From: Patescibacteria group bacterium
GTDB lineage: Bacteria > Patescibacteriota > Patescibacteriia > GWA2-46-9
Length of the DNA: 64,000 bases
Direction: 5' to 3'
NCBI GenBank assembly: GCA_041675205.1
Contig: JBAYUF010000002.1
Span: forward strand, 1,731-65,730
The notes beneath the pieces were generated by a model that saw only the letters and a list, made by a program, of their open reading frames with translations, was not told the origin of the DNA and searched no databases. The position numbers and the translations under genes were made by a program. Positions 25,493 to 34,409 of the stretch are shown one piece after another; positions within the stretch are counted from its first letter, which is position 1; every line of letters starts with the position of its first letter.

Positions 25493-26860
25493 CTAAATAA
25501 GTTCAATTGCCACTTGTTTGAAAATATGAACTATGTTGCTGAAATCTTGCTCTGATTCAATCCCTGCAGCTATTCTGACGGTTCTTTTGTCCATACCATA
25601 GTTTGAAAGCCATGTTTTTTCATGCCCAAAACTTGAACCTAAACCAACGCTTTCACCGGCGAGATCTTTAACTCTTTGTATAAACTGCTCTCCGGTAATT
25701 TTTTCTGGCACTGTTACATAAAATAAGGTAACGGCTCCCTCTGGTGCCAATTCCTGCACAAGCTCATTTTGTTTGTGCGTGGGTAAGTTTGGGTGGGAAA
25801 CCTCAAGGCCTGTTATTCCACTTAACGCTTCAGCAAGTTGCAGTGCATTCCGTGCATGATTTTTCATTTTTCCGGCCATCGTTTCTGAAATACTATCTGG
25901 AATTTTTCTTTCATCAGTCGGCTGTAAATATGTTCCTAGTTCGATTCTCCTTGTCTTAATTGCCCTCGTTTTCTCGTCATTATCAGAATATGCAACCCCT
26001 AAGGTTATTTCATTTGCCCCCTCCTGGTAGTGCTTCGTTCCGCTTTCAACAATAACCTTCTCAACATTAAACTTTTTTAGAACTTGTAATGGATTTATTA
26101 ATACTGGTGACGGCAACGTATTGTCAATAATTACAGATAATTTTTCGCGACTATCTCCAGTCACTCGCTTCACCATCCGCTCAAGTTCGCGTACCACTTC
26201 TTCGCGAGCAAGCTCGGTATCCTGCTCAATGCACCTTACGGCTTTACGAAATACAAAAGGATTCTGACCGACTCGGTATTCCTCTATCGAAGCCAAAATG
26301 ATGGCCTGCGTTTCTGCTGATAGCCCAGTAAGATTTTTTCTCTTCTCACAAAACTTGGTCAATATTTTTTCTGACGTTCTATTTTCTTGATAATCCAGAT
26401 TTGTCGTTTGCACAATTTCCCCGACCCCCTCGAGATCGGTTACTTCCATACCTTTAGAATTTGCAACTGTTTCAACCACTATCAGTCGAGGTTTTTCTCT
26501 CTCAACAAGTTCCCGCAAAGCTGCAAGATCGGTGGAGTCAAAAATAACTACCCGTATCCCTAGACCTTCTAACGACTGAATGTCTTTTTTTGTGGTGTCA
26601 TAAATAGCATCAGCACAAAATACTACATCGCCAACCTTCAAACCTTCTGCCGCAATGGCTGAGTGCATCGCAGCTGCTCCAGAATTAAAAAGGGCAACAT
26701 CAGATGCCCCCTCAATCATTTTAGTTAACTCCGCCTCTCTTTCTTGAAGCTCTTTATAATTATAGCGGGCGTAACCAACCTCGTTAATTTCTTCATTAAA
26801 TTGTCCCATGGTCTCGAATTCTGCAGCAATCTTCGGTTGTTTAAACGAACTCTCCGGCAT
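25493..26860 (-). CDS. Cys/Met-metabolism PLP-dependent enzyme family protein (transsulfuration/sulfhydrylase fold) with an ~75-aa internal insertion
   Basis: 455 aa. Family blocks present: SGAAAMHSAI, IVVETVANSKG, SVIIDNT...VESGTKHYQEG (PLP-Lys motif S.TK...GH-like), GESVGLGSS...RIAAGIESEQD. The extra segment lies between the VETxxN block and the IIDNT block. Confidence 0.6.
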   Translation of the reverse strand: MPESSFKQPKIAAEFETMGQFNEEINEVGYARYNYKELQEREAELTKMIEGASDVALFNSGAAAMHSAIAAEGLKVGDVVFCADAIYDTTKKDIQSLEGLGIRVVIFDSTDLAALRELVEREKPRLIVVETVANSKGMEVTDLEGVGEIVQTTNLDYQENRTSEKILTKFCEKRKNLTGLSAETQAIILASIEEYRVGQNPFVFRKAVRCIEQDTELAREEVVRELERMVKRVTGDSREKLSVIIDNTLPSPVLINPLQVLKKFNVEKVIVESGTKHYQEGANEITLGVAYSDNDEKTRAIKTRRIELGTYLQPTDERKIPDSISETMAGKMKNHARNALQLAEALSGITGLEVSHPNLPTHKQNELVQELAPEGAVTLFYVTVPEKITGEQFIQRVKDLAGESVGLGSSFGHEKTWLSNYGMDKRTVRIAAGIESEQDFSNIVHIFKQVAIELI

Positions 26861-26861
26861 A

Positions 26862-27701
26862 CTACTTCGTCAATTTAATAACCGGCATATTCCGAGTAAA
26901 CTCATGCGATGTAAACAACCACTCGATTTTTTTAAAACCGGCGGCTTCAATTTCTTTTTGAATTTCCTCTTTTGTTACGTAACTACGAAACTTTGTACCT
27001 GCAGCCATTGAAATTAGTGGTTGGATGTCCGTATAATCTTCGTCGCTAATTTTCCCCTGCTCATGAATTTTTTTTATGACCTCACGAGCTTTAGGATAAT
27101 CTAGATACCCTTGTTTATCAGCACAATAAATATAAAGAGGAACCTCCAAATAACTGAACAGTCGATACGGTCTACTGGAAACTAACCCCCATTTACTTAC
27201 CACTTCTATCAACTCGCCATTGTTCTCGGGGAATAACACGTTACCTCGACAGAAAAAAACACCGCCAACTTTCAAAGAATCATACATTTTTTGAAACAGT
27301 AGCCGAACCTGATCTCCCCGTATGACGTTGAAAGGACGATGCCCTAATATATAGTCAAAATAATTCTGATAGTTTATCTGAAGCCAGTCTGCTTCAATAA
27401 AATGTTCTTGTTCAAATTTTTCCTCAGCATAGGAAGTCAGCGCATCGAAATTCTCTTTCGCAAAATCAACAACATAAGGATGGGTACCAAGTTTTTTGCA
27501 TAGCGACCTATATTCTATAGTGGAACCAAGTATCATTACGTTGATATCCGACGGTGGTACACCAGAAGCTAGTATTTCTTTCTTTTCTATTTCCAACTCC
27601 TCGTCGTCTGGTCGAGCTGGTATTGGATATTTGTCCCACAGCTCGGCATAGCTCCAGCTCGCCTTTGTTTCATCAATTTCTCTACTTTTTAGCATATACA
27701 C
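26862..27701 (-). CDS. hypothetical protein, possible class-I SAM-dependent methyltransferase fold
   Basis: 279 aa. It appears translationally coupled to the PLP enzyme (stop and start 1 nt apart). VMILGSTIEY...VVDFAKEN...LKVGGVFFC loosely fit MTase motifs I, post-I and III. Confidence 0.35.
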   Translation of the reverse strand: MYMLKSREIDETKASWSYAELWDKYPIPARPDDEELEIEKKEILASGVPPSDINVMILGSTIEYRSLCKKLGTHPYVVDFAKENFDALTSYAEEKFEQEHFIEADWLQINYQNYFDYILGHRPFNVIRGDQVRLLFQKMYDSLKVGGVFFCRGNVLFPENNGELIEVVSKWGLVSSRPYRLFSYLEVPLYIYCADKQGYLDYPKAREVIKKIHEQGKISDEDYTDIQPLISMAAGTKFRSYVTKEEIQKEIEAAGFKKIEWLFTSHEFTRNMPVIKLTK

Positions 27702-27744
27702 TAACTTAATACTTATGACTTAATTATACCTTAGTTCTGACAGT

Positions 27745-27790
27745 GTCCCCACTCCCACAGGAATCGTTCACACGAAAGCGTGCTCACTCC
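27745..27790 (+). repeat. island repeat B, copy 2: GTCCCCACTCCCACAGGAATCGTTCACACGAAAGCGTGCTCACTCC
   Basis: Direct repeat of 25365..25410. Together the two copies bracket the minus-strand two-gene operon. Confidence 0.6.
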
Positions 27791-27930
27791 CTTTGGTCGT
27801 TGTGCTGCTTGTATTTACGGGGCGAATCTCACCACGGTTCAATTTCTCAGAATGGGAGGAAGAAATAAAAGCCCCTAATAGGGCCATATTAATAGGTTTA
27901 CAAAGAACGGTTTAGGAGTTTACAAAAGAG

Positions 27931-27978
27931 GAGAGACCCGCACCATATCACTGGTGTTCCGGGTCTCTTCTTCTTTTT
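27931..27978 (+). terminator. terminator hairpin GAGAGACCCG...CGGGTCTCTTC plus T-run, preceding repeat A3
   Basis: 10-bp stem, then TTCTTTTT. Confidence 0.55.
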
Positions 27979-28036
27979 GAAAAGGTTTTGGAAACAAAAA
28001 CAATCCCGTTGGACGGGATGTTTTGATTTTTAGCCC
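27973..28036 (+). repeat. island repeat A, copy 3
   Basis: CTTTTTGAAAAGGTTTTGGAAACAAAAACAATCCCGTTGGACGGGATGTTTTGATTTTTAGCCC, followed directly by repeat C1. Confidence 0.8.
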
Positions 28037-28105
28037 AAGTGGGTGCGCATTGGAACTCTATTGTTTTGGAGCTGAGAGAATGGTTGAGGTTTGGGGAGGA
28101 GATGA
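28031..28105 (+). repeat. island repeat C, copy 1 (TAGCCCAAGTGGGTGCGCATTGGAACTCTATTGTTTTGGAGCTGAGAGAATGGTTGAGGTTTGGGGAGGAGATG...)
   Basis: ~90% identical to 29503..29578. The track ORF 28023..28259 is probably a translation of this repeat. Confidence 0.7.
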
Positions 28106-28270
28106 AAGCCTTAGATTTTCAAAAGGAAGTGGTGCAAATTGGTACTCCGTAGCGGGAGTGGAACTAGGTCCTGTAAGGTGGAAAACTTTCTTGGCTTTAG
28201 TAAGGGAAGTATATTTTTCAATTACTGAAATTCCGCAATTATATAACCATGCCCCTTAAAACAGAATTAG

Positions 28271-28981
28271 CTATCCTACTAATATTCCAACAATCAAACC
28301 AACCACAAGCGCTACTCCACCAATCACTAACATTTTTAGCCCTGACTTTATTAATGGTTGTTTAGTGGACTTAGTAGCCGCTGCTCCTAAACCAAATAGT
28401 CCAATCAATGTTAAAACTATAGAGACTGGTATGGCTTGCTTGATCGGTAAAAACAAATATGAAAATAGTGGCAACATTCCACCTATGATATAAGAACCAA
28501 ACATGTAAAACCCGCCTTTGAGTGAAATAGAAGGACGGGAAGGAAATACTTCCAGTTCCCTTAGAGCCATTTCTTTCAACATGAGTTCAGGGTTTTGCGA
28601 AGCCGCCTCTGACATCTCCACTGCCAATTTTTCCGGCCAGCCGTCTTTAGCATACATCTCCCTTAATTCTTCTTTTTCTTCTATTGGATAATTTGTAATT
28701 TCGCTTTTCTCCTCTGCTAATTTCCTGGCAGAAACCTCTTCTTCAGACTGGTTGGATAAATACGAACCTATGCCCATAGAAACAGATTCAACAGCAATAA
28801 TAACTAACCCTGCTAGCAGTACCGTAGAATGGTTTCCACTACCTACCGCAATACCGGTGACAGAACCTAAAGTAGACACCATACCATCTTCCATCCCAAA
28901 GACAATTTCCTTGATTACATTCTCAAGTTGTGAAGTTTGATGTTGAATTTTATATGTTTTTTGTAAATCCATAAAAGTCAA
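28271..28981 (-). CDS. VIT1/CCC1-family (DUF125) iron/manganese transporter
   Basis: 236 aa. EIVFGMEDGMVSTLGSVTGIAVG is the VIT-family signature. There is a cytoplasmic Glu-rich loop and C-terminal TM helices. Confidence 0.8.
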   Translation of the reverse strand: MTFMDLQKTYKIQHQTSQLENVIKEIVFGMEDGMVSTLGSVTGIAVGSGNHSTVLLAGLVIIAVESVSMGIGSYLSNQSEEEVSARKLAEEKSEITNYPIEEKEELREMYAKDGWPEKLAVEMSEAASQNPELMLKEMALRELEVFPSRPSISLKGGFYMFGSYIIGGMLPLFSYLFLPIKQAIPVSIVLTLIGLFGLGAAATKSTKQPLIKSGLKMLVIGGVALVVGLIVGILVG

Positions 28982-29217
28982 AAACGAAGCGGATTTTTTT
29001 TCTTAAGTACTCAATAACAAATAAAAACTTAACTATTTTAATTATGCGCTTATTTACAAATTGTTTCCACAGAATAATTTGTTATCCCGCCTTTGGCGCG
29101 ATCTGCGACCGAGGGAATTTGCAACCGGGAACCCCAGTAGAAGTCCTCAGATGCATTCGGACTCTACGGGGCGCGGTCGGACCCGAGTCCAGCTTCTTGC
29201 ATCCGATAGTATAACCA

Positions 29218-29262
29218 AAAGAAAAAACCTGGCGCACAGCCAGATTTTTTCTTTTAGCCCCA
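29218..29262. terminator. hairpin AAAAAACCTGGCGCACAGCCAGATTTTTT followed by TTTTAGCCCCA
   Basis: Stem CTGGC/GCCAG flanked by A- and T-runs. The following TAGCCCCA matches the tRNA-Glu 3'-end image 8 of 8. Confidence 0.5.
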
Positions 29263-29502
29263 TCCTTCGTCGCTAAGCTTCTCAGGACAAGCGGGGAATT
29301 CCGACGCCCTTCGTCGCCAGCAGTGCGACTCAGTGCTCTGTCCTGGGCAGCGCTTGATGCTTCGCCTGCTCACATCCATCGGCGCTCGCGGTATTCGTGA
29401 TTTCTTCCGAAATCACTCAGCGCTCGCTGCTGCCCGTTCGATTCCCACGCGGGGAAGCACATACCAAAAAAGCACCCCTCACAAGGAGAGATGCTTTTTT
29501 GG

Positions 29503-29578
29503 TAGCCCTAGTGGGTGCGCATTGGAACTCTATTGTTCTGGAGCTTAGAGAATGGTTGCGGTTTGGGGAAGATATGGA
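29503..29578 (+). repeat. island repeat C, copy 2 (TAGCCCTAGTGGGTGCGCATTGGAACTCTATTGTTCTGGAGCTTAGAGAATGGTTGCGGTTTGGGGAAGATATGG...)
   Basis: Direct repeat of 28031..28105. It is preceded by TGG, so the junction reads TGGTAGCCC, the same 9-mer that opens the forward image of the tRNA-Glu CCA end (TGGTAGCCCC at 38306-38315). Confidence 0.7.
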
Positions 29579-29641
29579 AAAGGATGCTTTGGCCAAGGAA
29601 ATGACCTTGGCGGCATAGTCCCTCATGGGAGTAGAACACCA

Positions 29642-30505
29642 CTATTCAGCAGGTGGAGCACTAGGTGATATATCTACCTCTTTATCGGACAGTGCTTTTT
29701 CGAATACACCGATAGCTTCATAAACGGCATCTAGCGTAACTATTTTTGACAGGCCTAGATGGCCTTCCACTAACTCAAGTATTTTATTCTCGGTCATAGC
29801 CGCTTCACTGTGCTTTGTTTGCCAGTAATAATGTGTGGCTATACCTATTAGGTAGGCACGATTTATTGATTTTGTCCCTTGGATAGAAACAACTTGTGGT
29901 TTGCAAAAAACTGGTCCGCCGCTATTACCCGGGAAAACTGGGGCATCAAGGTATAAGATTGAGTTTTTGGCAAGCTCGGGGTCTCGTCTCGCTATAATGC
30001 CCGATCTACAGATAGCGTAGTTTTTGTTTTCACCGCGCATTCCAAGTGGAAATCCAAGAAAAAAAATTTCATCACCAACAGATAAGCCCACCTCATCAAA
30101 TTGCTCAGGACGGAGTCCTGTTTCAGTGTCGAGGATACTGACAAAATCAATTTCATTTTCTTCAAGAGTTTCTTTGTCGAGTGGAATTACAGCAACATCT
30201 TTACCTGATTCAGGACAAAAAAAGCTCCTTAGACCTGGTGCGCGATGAGTCGGAATGGAAAATTTCTGTGCAATCGCTTCGCCGTTTTTATCAAATCTTA
30301 GGTACAATTTTTCAAACCCATCACGCTCAATATCAATTAGAACATGCGCGGCCGTTACTAAGAATAATTGACCAGAATAACGTTCGCCCTCTTTATTATA
30401 TACTCTGAATAATAAAAATCCCGTGCCGCGGCATTTCGCCTCTTGGCCCTCGATAACTTCAATTGAAACGACTGATTTCAAAAAGGCTGGTGGAAGCAAG
30501 GCCAT
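29642..30505 (-). CDS. trypsin-like (S1/chymotrypsin fold) serine protease
   Basis: 287 aa. The catalytic triad context is LVTAAHVLID (His), DVAVIPLD (Asp) and FPGNSGGPVF (Ser). No signal peptide is obvious. Confidence 0.75.
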   Translation of the reverse strand: MALLPPAFLKSVVSIEVIEGQEAKCRGTGFLLFRVYNKEGERYSGQLFLVTAAHVLIDIERDGFEKLYLRFDKNGEAIAQKFSIPTHRAPGLRSFFCPESGKDVAVIPLDKETLEENEIDFVSILDTETGLRPEQFDEVGLSVGDEIFFLGFPLGMRGENKNYAICRSGIIARRDPELAKNSILYLDAPVFPGNSGGPVFCKPQVVSIQGTKSINRAYLIGIATHYYWQTKHSEAAMTENKILELVEGHLGLSKIVTLDAVYEAIGVFEKALSDKEVDISPSAPPAE

Positions 30506-30638
30506 ATCAAATTCTATCGTTTTATTAGTGTAGGGCTAACTCAAGAGACCAAACAACATCTTTCCAACTATAAAAACCACAATCAAACCCACTCAATTAG
30601 CTTGTCTTTAGAAGTAACAAAAGGCACAGAACATTCTA

Positions 30639-31232
30639 CTAGCCAAAAGGAGGAAGTACTACTCTGTTTTCAATTTTTTTCACCCACTGATCAGCCAGCA
30701 TTTTTATCCTAAGTACCTCTTGATTCAAGACAGCTAAATCAAAGTCTTCGTTTACAAAAGTGAAGTGCATCGTTCTAGGGTCATAGTGACTAACAAAAAC
30801 TATATTATTTATTTGAAACGCTAATCGGGAACCAATATTATATGTCCCGATATTAGTATCGGGACCATATTTGCCAATCCAGCCCTTTAGCCGCTCATCA
30901 TAATGTTCCAGATGATTACGGAATTTTCGTTTATGGATTAGAGATTTTTTATCGACTCCCAACACTACTCCAATTGAGAAGACATCCTTCTGGACAAAAA
31001 AACGATGCCACCACCTTGAAAGGATATTGTTCCGTTGTTCTGTTGCTTTCAGCATTTTTGAAACCATTGCACAGTGGGACAAAAAGGAATGAATGGCAAT
31101 AAAAATTATGTCATTACTAGCCTGGTGCGGCTTTTGCAAATACGAATACATGATCCCCGCAAATTTTGCTTGTGTTGAAATCTCCCTTATAGACATCTCT
31201 ATCCAAAGATCTTTGGAAGTTTTTTTTATCAT
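30639..31232 (-). CDS. hypothetical protein (defence-cassette member)
   Basis: 197 aa, co-directional and tightly spaced with the neighbouring genes. No family recognised. Confidence 0.4.
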   Translation of the reverse strand: MIKKTSKDLWIEMSIREISTQAKFAGIMYSYLQKPHQASNDIIFIAIHSFLSHCAMVSKMLKATEQRNNILSRWWHRFFVQKDVFSIGVVLGVDKKSLIHKRKFRNHLEHYDERLKGWIGKYGPDTNIGTYNIGSRLAFQINNIVFVSHYDPRTMHFTFVNEDFDLAVLNQEVLRIKMLADQWVKKIENRVVLPPFG

Positions 31233-31241
31233 ACCAAAATA

Positions 31242-32039
31242 TCACCGTAACATTTTTTGATTTATATAGTGCAATAAAGAACGCGCACTATTTATAACAA
31301 GCATAGCTTCCGCCTCTGCGAGCAAGCTATTGTTGGGGTGAGCGAGACTGGATTGATTGCGAAACGTATTCATTGCATCAAGTATTGATGCGAAAGATTT
31401 CAAAACTCGATCCACGTCATGTGATCGTGTAACTTCAGAAGTAAAAGCTGGATGCTTTGTTCTCAATATTTTGAAAAATTCCGTAATACTCTTGTTATCC
31501 GTTTCCGCTACTCCCATTTCTTCACATAAATTTTTCATGTAGCCATGCAATGCTGTGTGGGCCCTATCCATGGCGCTGATCGGACCATTTGTGGCCAAGA
31601 GATTCTCGGCATCAAGCAGTGCACGATCAACAACAGCCGTCGTATTATGAGGTTTTGGTGTTGAAACTGGTGCAGGAACATCAACTAATTCTGGATAAAT
31701 ACAAATAAAACGAATAAAAGGCCCCCCGACCTCACTTATACAATAAGCAACATGCATGAAAGCCTCCTCATCTTGCTGGGTTGTTTTCAGGGCACCCATT
31801 TCTTCATAATCATCCAGTGGTACCGTTGCATGCAAAACATAAAAGTCATCGCCAAAATAATTAGAACCTTCACTTATCGAAAACGGTATCAAGGATAACA
31901 ATTCTGCTGCACGAGACTGTCCTCGACGAAGCAACAAGCGGGCAGCATTCGTGGCGATACGTTGCCATCGTTCCTCGGGCATAGGTTCACCGACAAGTTC
32001 AAATCCAGATGCACCACTGCCTTGGTATAAAAGTATCAT
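31242..32039 (-). CDS. hypothetical protein with a C-terminal Abi_C-like (abortive-infection C-terminal) motif
   Basis: 265 aa. The C-terminal ...FRNQSSLAHPNNSLLAEAEAMLVINSARSLLHYI resembles the conserved R-N-x3-AH(G/P) core of the Abi_C domain. Low certainty. Confidence 0.35.
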   Translation of the reverse strand: MILLYQGSGASGFELVGEPMPEERWQRIATNAARLLLRRGQSRAAELLSLIPFSISEGSNYFGDDFYVLHATVPLDDYEEMGALKTTQQDEEAFMHVAYCISEVGGPFIRFICIYPELVDVPAPVSTPKPHNTTAVVDRALLDAENLLATNGPISAMDRAHTALHGYMKNLCEEMGVAETDNKSITEFFKILRTKHPAFTSEVTRSHDVDRVLKSFASILDAMNTFRNQSSLAHPNNSLLAEAEAMLVINSARSLLHYINQKMLR

Positions 32040-32064
32040 CGCAGTTTATGTGCAAAAGAATTTT

Positions 32065-33282
32065 CTACTCACTAATAGCAGAAAGTATCCGTTGGCGCTT
32101 GATAAATCTATCCAGTAACGGGATACCGAGGCGATACTTACCATACCGAGTTCGGTAAATAAGGCCGTCAATAACGAGCTTTGCAAATATTTGACTTGCG
32201 TGGCTTGAACTAATAGGGCTCTGGAGCAGCCTTCCCCATTGCTCAACTACCTCCTTTACTGTGAATTCATCTTGGCAGTTGTCTAATGTAGACATAACAG
32301 ACAGTAATTCTCGTTCCCTGTCGGTGGCGTTATTCCAGCGCGCTGCAAAGAAGTCTATATCAAGCTTGGCTATTATTTCTTCAAGGGGAACGCTCGGATC
32401 ATTCCTTCCTTGTGTCATCTGGCTCAAAAAACTATTGAATGCTTCCCGACAAAGAAACTGAATGAAATAAGGATAACCACCCGACTCTTTCACAATTATT
32501 CCTACTGACGTATCGCCAAATGTTACGGGACAGTTTTCCCTTTGTATCGGTTTTAGAACCGCTTCTCTGCTCTCTGTGTCAGAGAGACCATGAAGCTCTG
32601 TCACCTCAAACATGCGCTCCGCGTAAGTCCTCGCATCAACCAAACGCTGCTGAAGCGTTGGAAGACCAACGAGAACAAGTAGTAAGGGATAACCTCTTTT
32701 TTGTAACGATTGAAAAACCTCTAAAAGTACTGACAACGGATACTGTCCTTCTTTCCCTTGATCACTCATTTTTTGTGCCTCATCGTAAGCGATTACTATT
32801 CCTTTTACTTGAGGGCTAGCTTTTTTTACATTATTCCAAACAAATTCGAGTGTACTTCGAAGTTTGTCTGACACCAGCCCTGGCTGACCATTGTAATATT
32901 CAAGCAATGCAGCGTAGTCTAGGGAAACTTCGTCTGTTTCCCCGCCAAAACCCATCTTGTCCTTTTGTCCCTTGAGTTGCGATGTAATAATCGAGAGGTC
33001 AGTCAATATTCTTGTAGCAATGGTGTTTTCTGAAACACTAGCCGACTCAGAAAGATCGGTACCTGCCCAAAGCCACTGATTCACAAGAGCGACGGGTTTG
33101 AAGCTATCGACGAGAACGGTCTTGCCCGTACCACGTAGGCCAGTCAGAATCATGTTTTTCATAATGACCTCCTGCTGGAGCAAGTTTATGAATGCTTGTT
33201 TTTCAGGGTCACGACCAGCCAAGTAAGGAGGCGGTTGACCAGCGCCGGGGCGGAAGGGGTTCAGAAAAGGTTCCTGTGTCAT
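32065..33282 (-). CDS. P-loop NTPase, AAA/Arch_ATPase (DUF234-type) family
   Basis: Walker A ILTGLRGTGKTVL and Walker B IVIAYDEAQ. The N-terminal FLNPFRPGAGQPPPYLAGRDPE and a C-terminal winged-helix-like tail are typical of ORC/Cdc6-like standalone ATPases. The start was chosen at MTQEPF (33282). The track ORF runs to 33342. Confidence 0.6.
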   Translation of the reverse strand: MTQEPFLNPFRPGAGQPPPYLAGRDPEKQAFINLLQQEVIMKNMILTGLRGTGKTVLVDSFKPVALVNQWLWAGTDLSESASVSENTIATRILTDLSIITSQLKGQKDKMGFGGETDEVSLDYAALLEYYNGQPGLVSDKLRSTLEFVWNNVKKASPQVKGIVIAYDEAQKMSDQGKEGQYPLSVLLEVFQSLQKRGYPLLLVLVGLPTLQQRLVDARTYAERMFEVTELHGLSDTESREAVLKPIQRENCPVTFGDTSVGIIVKESGGYPYFIQFLCREAFNSFLSQMTQGRNDPSVPLEEIIAKLDIDFFAARWNNATDRERELLSVMSTLDNCQDEFTVKEVVEQWGRLLQSPISSSHASQIFAKLVIDGLIYRTRYGKYRLGIPLLDRFIKRQRILSAISE

Positions 33283-33603
33283 AGAATGAGTAACTTTTAT
33301 AATATTACTAATTCTAGATGTTTCACTAATTCTTGTCAACAAACTAAATGTTTGTAGAACTTATACTTGGCCAATTTTATAGAAATAGGCCATAATGATT
33401 GCGACAATTGAATTGCCTAAACCACTGGGTAACCAGCGGCATGGCAAGAAATCCCACAACGATACTGAACCCCGTGTTCAGCGACTCGTTGTGGGTCATA
33501 TCCCGAAAGGGGTATGGGGCAGAAAGGCTCAGCTGGCGCGGGGCTCTGTGTTGCACCCCAAGCGCCTTGCTACCTACAAGTCGCTTATTTTTATTTTATT
33601 CAC

Positions 33604-34374
33604 ATGGACAACCAATCAACTTCGGGAAGTATCAAAAAACCCTTTTGGCAGCAGTTATGGTTTCTCGTGCCTATGGCTGTTTTGTTACTCATTATCGTTA
33701 GTGCAGCGAACTCTTTGGAAAAAACGAGTGATCAATATTCAGGACCAGTGCAAGCGATGGTTTTTGATTTACCTCCACTCATAGGCAAAACAATAGATGA
33801 AGTTGTAACTGCACTCGGAGAACCAACAGCAGAGGAGGAACCAACAGCAGAGCAAAAGAAGGTTGGGTATACAGAAGGCACAGTAAGCTACGAACACGAG
33901 GGTATCACGCTAATGGTCAACTTTGATGTGCTTACTCGAAAAGTAAATGATTTCTATGTCAGCCCGCCCGGTATAGAGCCGGTGCAAAACATTACGGCTC
34001 TCTTGCAAGCAGCTAATCTCAGAGAAGAAACAACTGATTCATATGTGGTGAGTAGTGTTTCAGCCGGAGACAAAAAAGATGCTGGCTACTCTGGTATTGT
34101 CGTCATTACGAAAGAAGATGCGGAGCGCAAAAATACTATTCAGAAACAGTTTAGCGCGTGGGATGGTTCCCACATCAAACTTACTCGAGTCATCAAAGAT
34201 TCGATGCATGATCCTGATAGCTATGAACACGTAAAAACAACATACGTGGATAAAAGTGACCACCTCATCGTCACCACAACGTTCCGAGGCACGAATGCTT
34301 TTGGTGGCAAAATCTCCAATACTGTAAGCGCTAAGGTCTCCGTCCAGGGAGACGTTATCGAAATACTTGAGTAG
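33604..34374 (+). CDS. hypothetical membrane-anchored protein
   Basis: Start at ATG 33604. N-terminal TM FWQQLWFLVPMAVLLLIIV, then a soluble domain. Unknown family. Confidence 0.45.
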   Translation: MDNQSTSGSIKKPFWQQLWFLVPMAVLLLIIVSAANSLEKTSDQYSGPVQAMVFDLPPLIGKTIDEVVTALGEPTAEEEPTAEQKKVGYTEGTVSYEHEGITLMVNFDVLTRKVNDFYVSPPGIEPVQNITALLQAANLREETTDSYVVSSVSAGDKKDAGYSGIVVITKEDAERKNTIQKQFSAWDGSHIKLTRVIKDSMHDPDSYEHVKTTYVDKSDHLIVTTTFRGTNAFGGKISNTVSAKVSVQGDVIEILE

Positions 34375-34409
34375 TAGGCGTATACTGTGGGGTATAACCT
34401 AAGAAATCT

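Noticed and set aside
25365-27790. Calling B1/B2 strict attL/attR of a single mobile cassette
   Set aside because: The similarity to the tRNA-Glu 3' end and the presence of other junction types (A, C, TAGCCC) fit a tandem-integration array better. Individual cassette mobility is unproven.
28023-28259. 78-aa ORF MIFSPSGCALELYCFGAERMVEVWGGDE... and its relatives 29333..29548 and 29397..29618
   Set aside because: The conserved peptide (SPSGCALELYC.GAE...VWGG) is the translation of repeat C, present twice. It most likely reflects a DNA repeat, not a gene family. A micro-ORF cannot be fully excluded.
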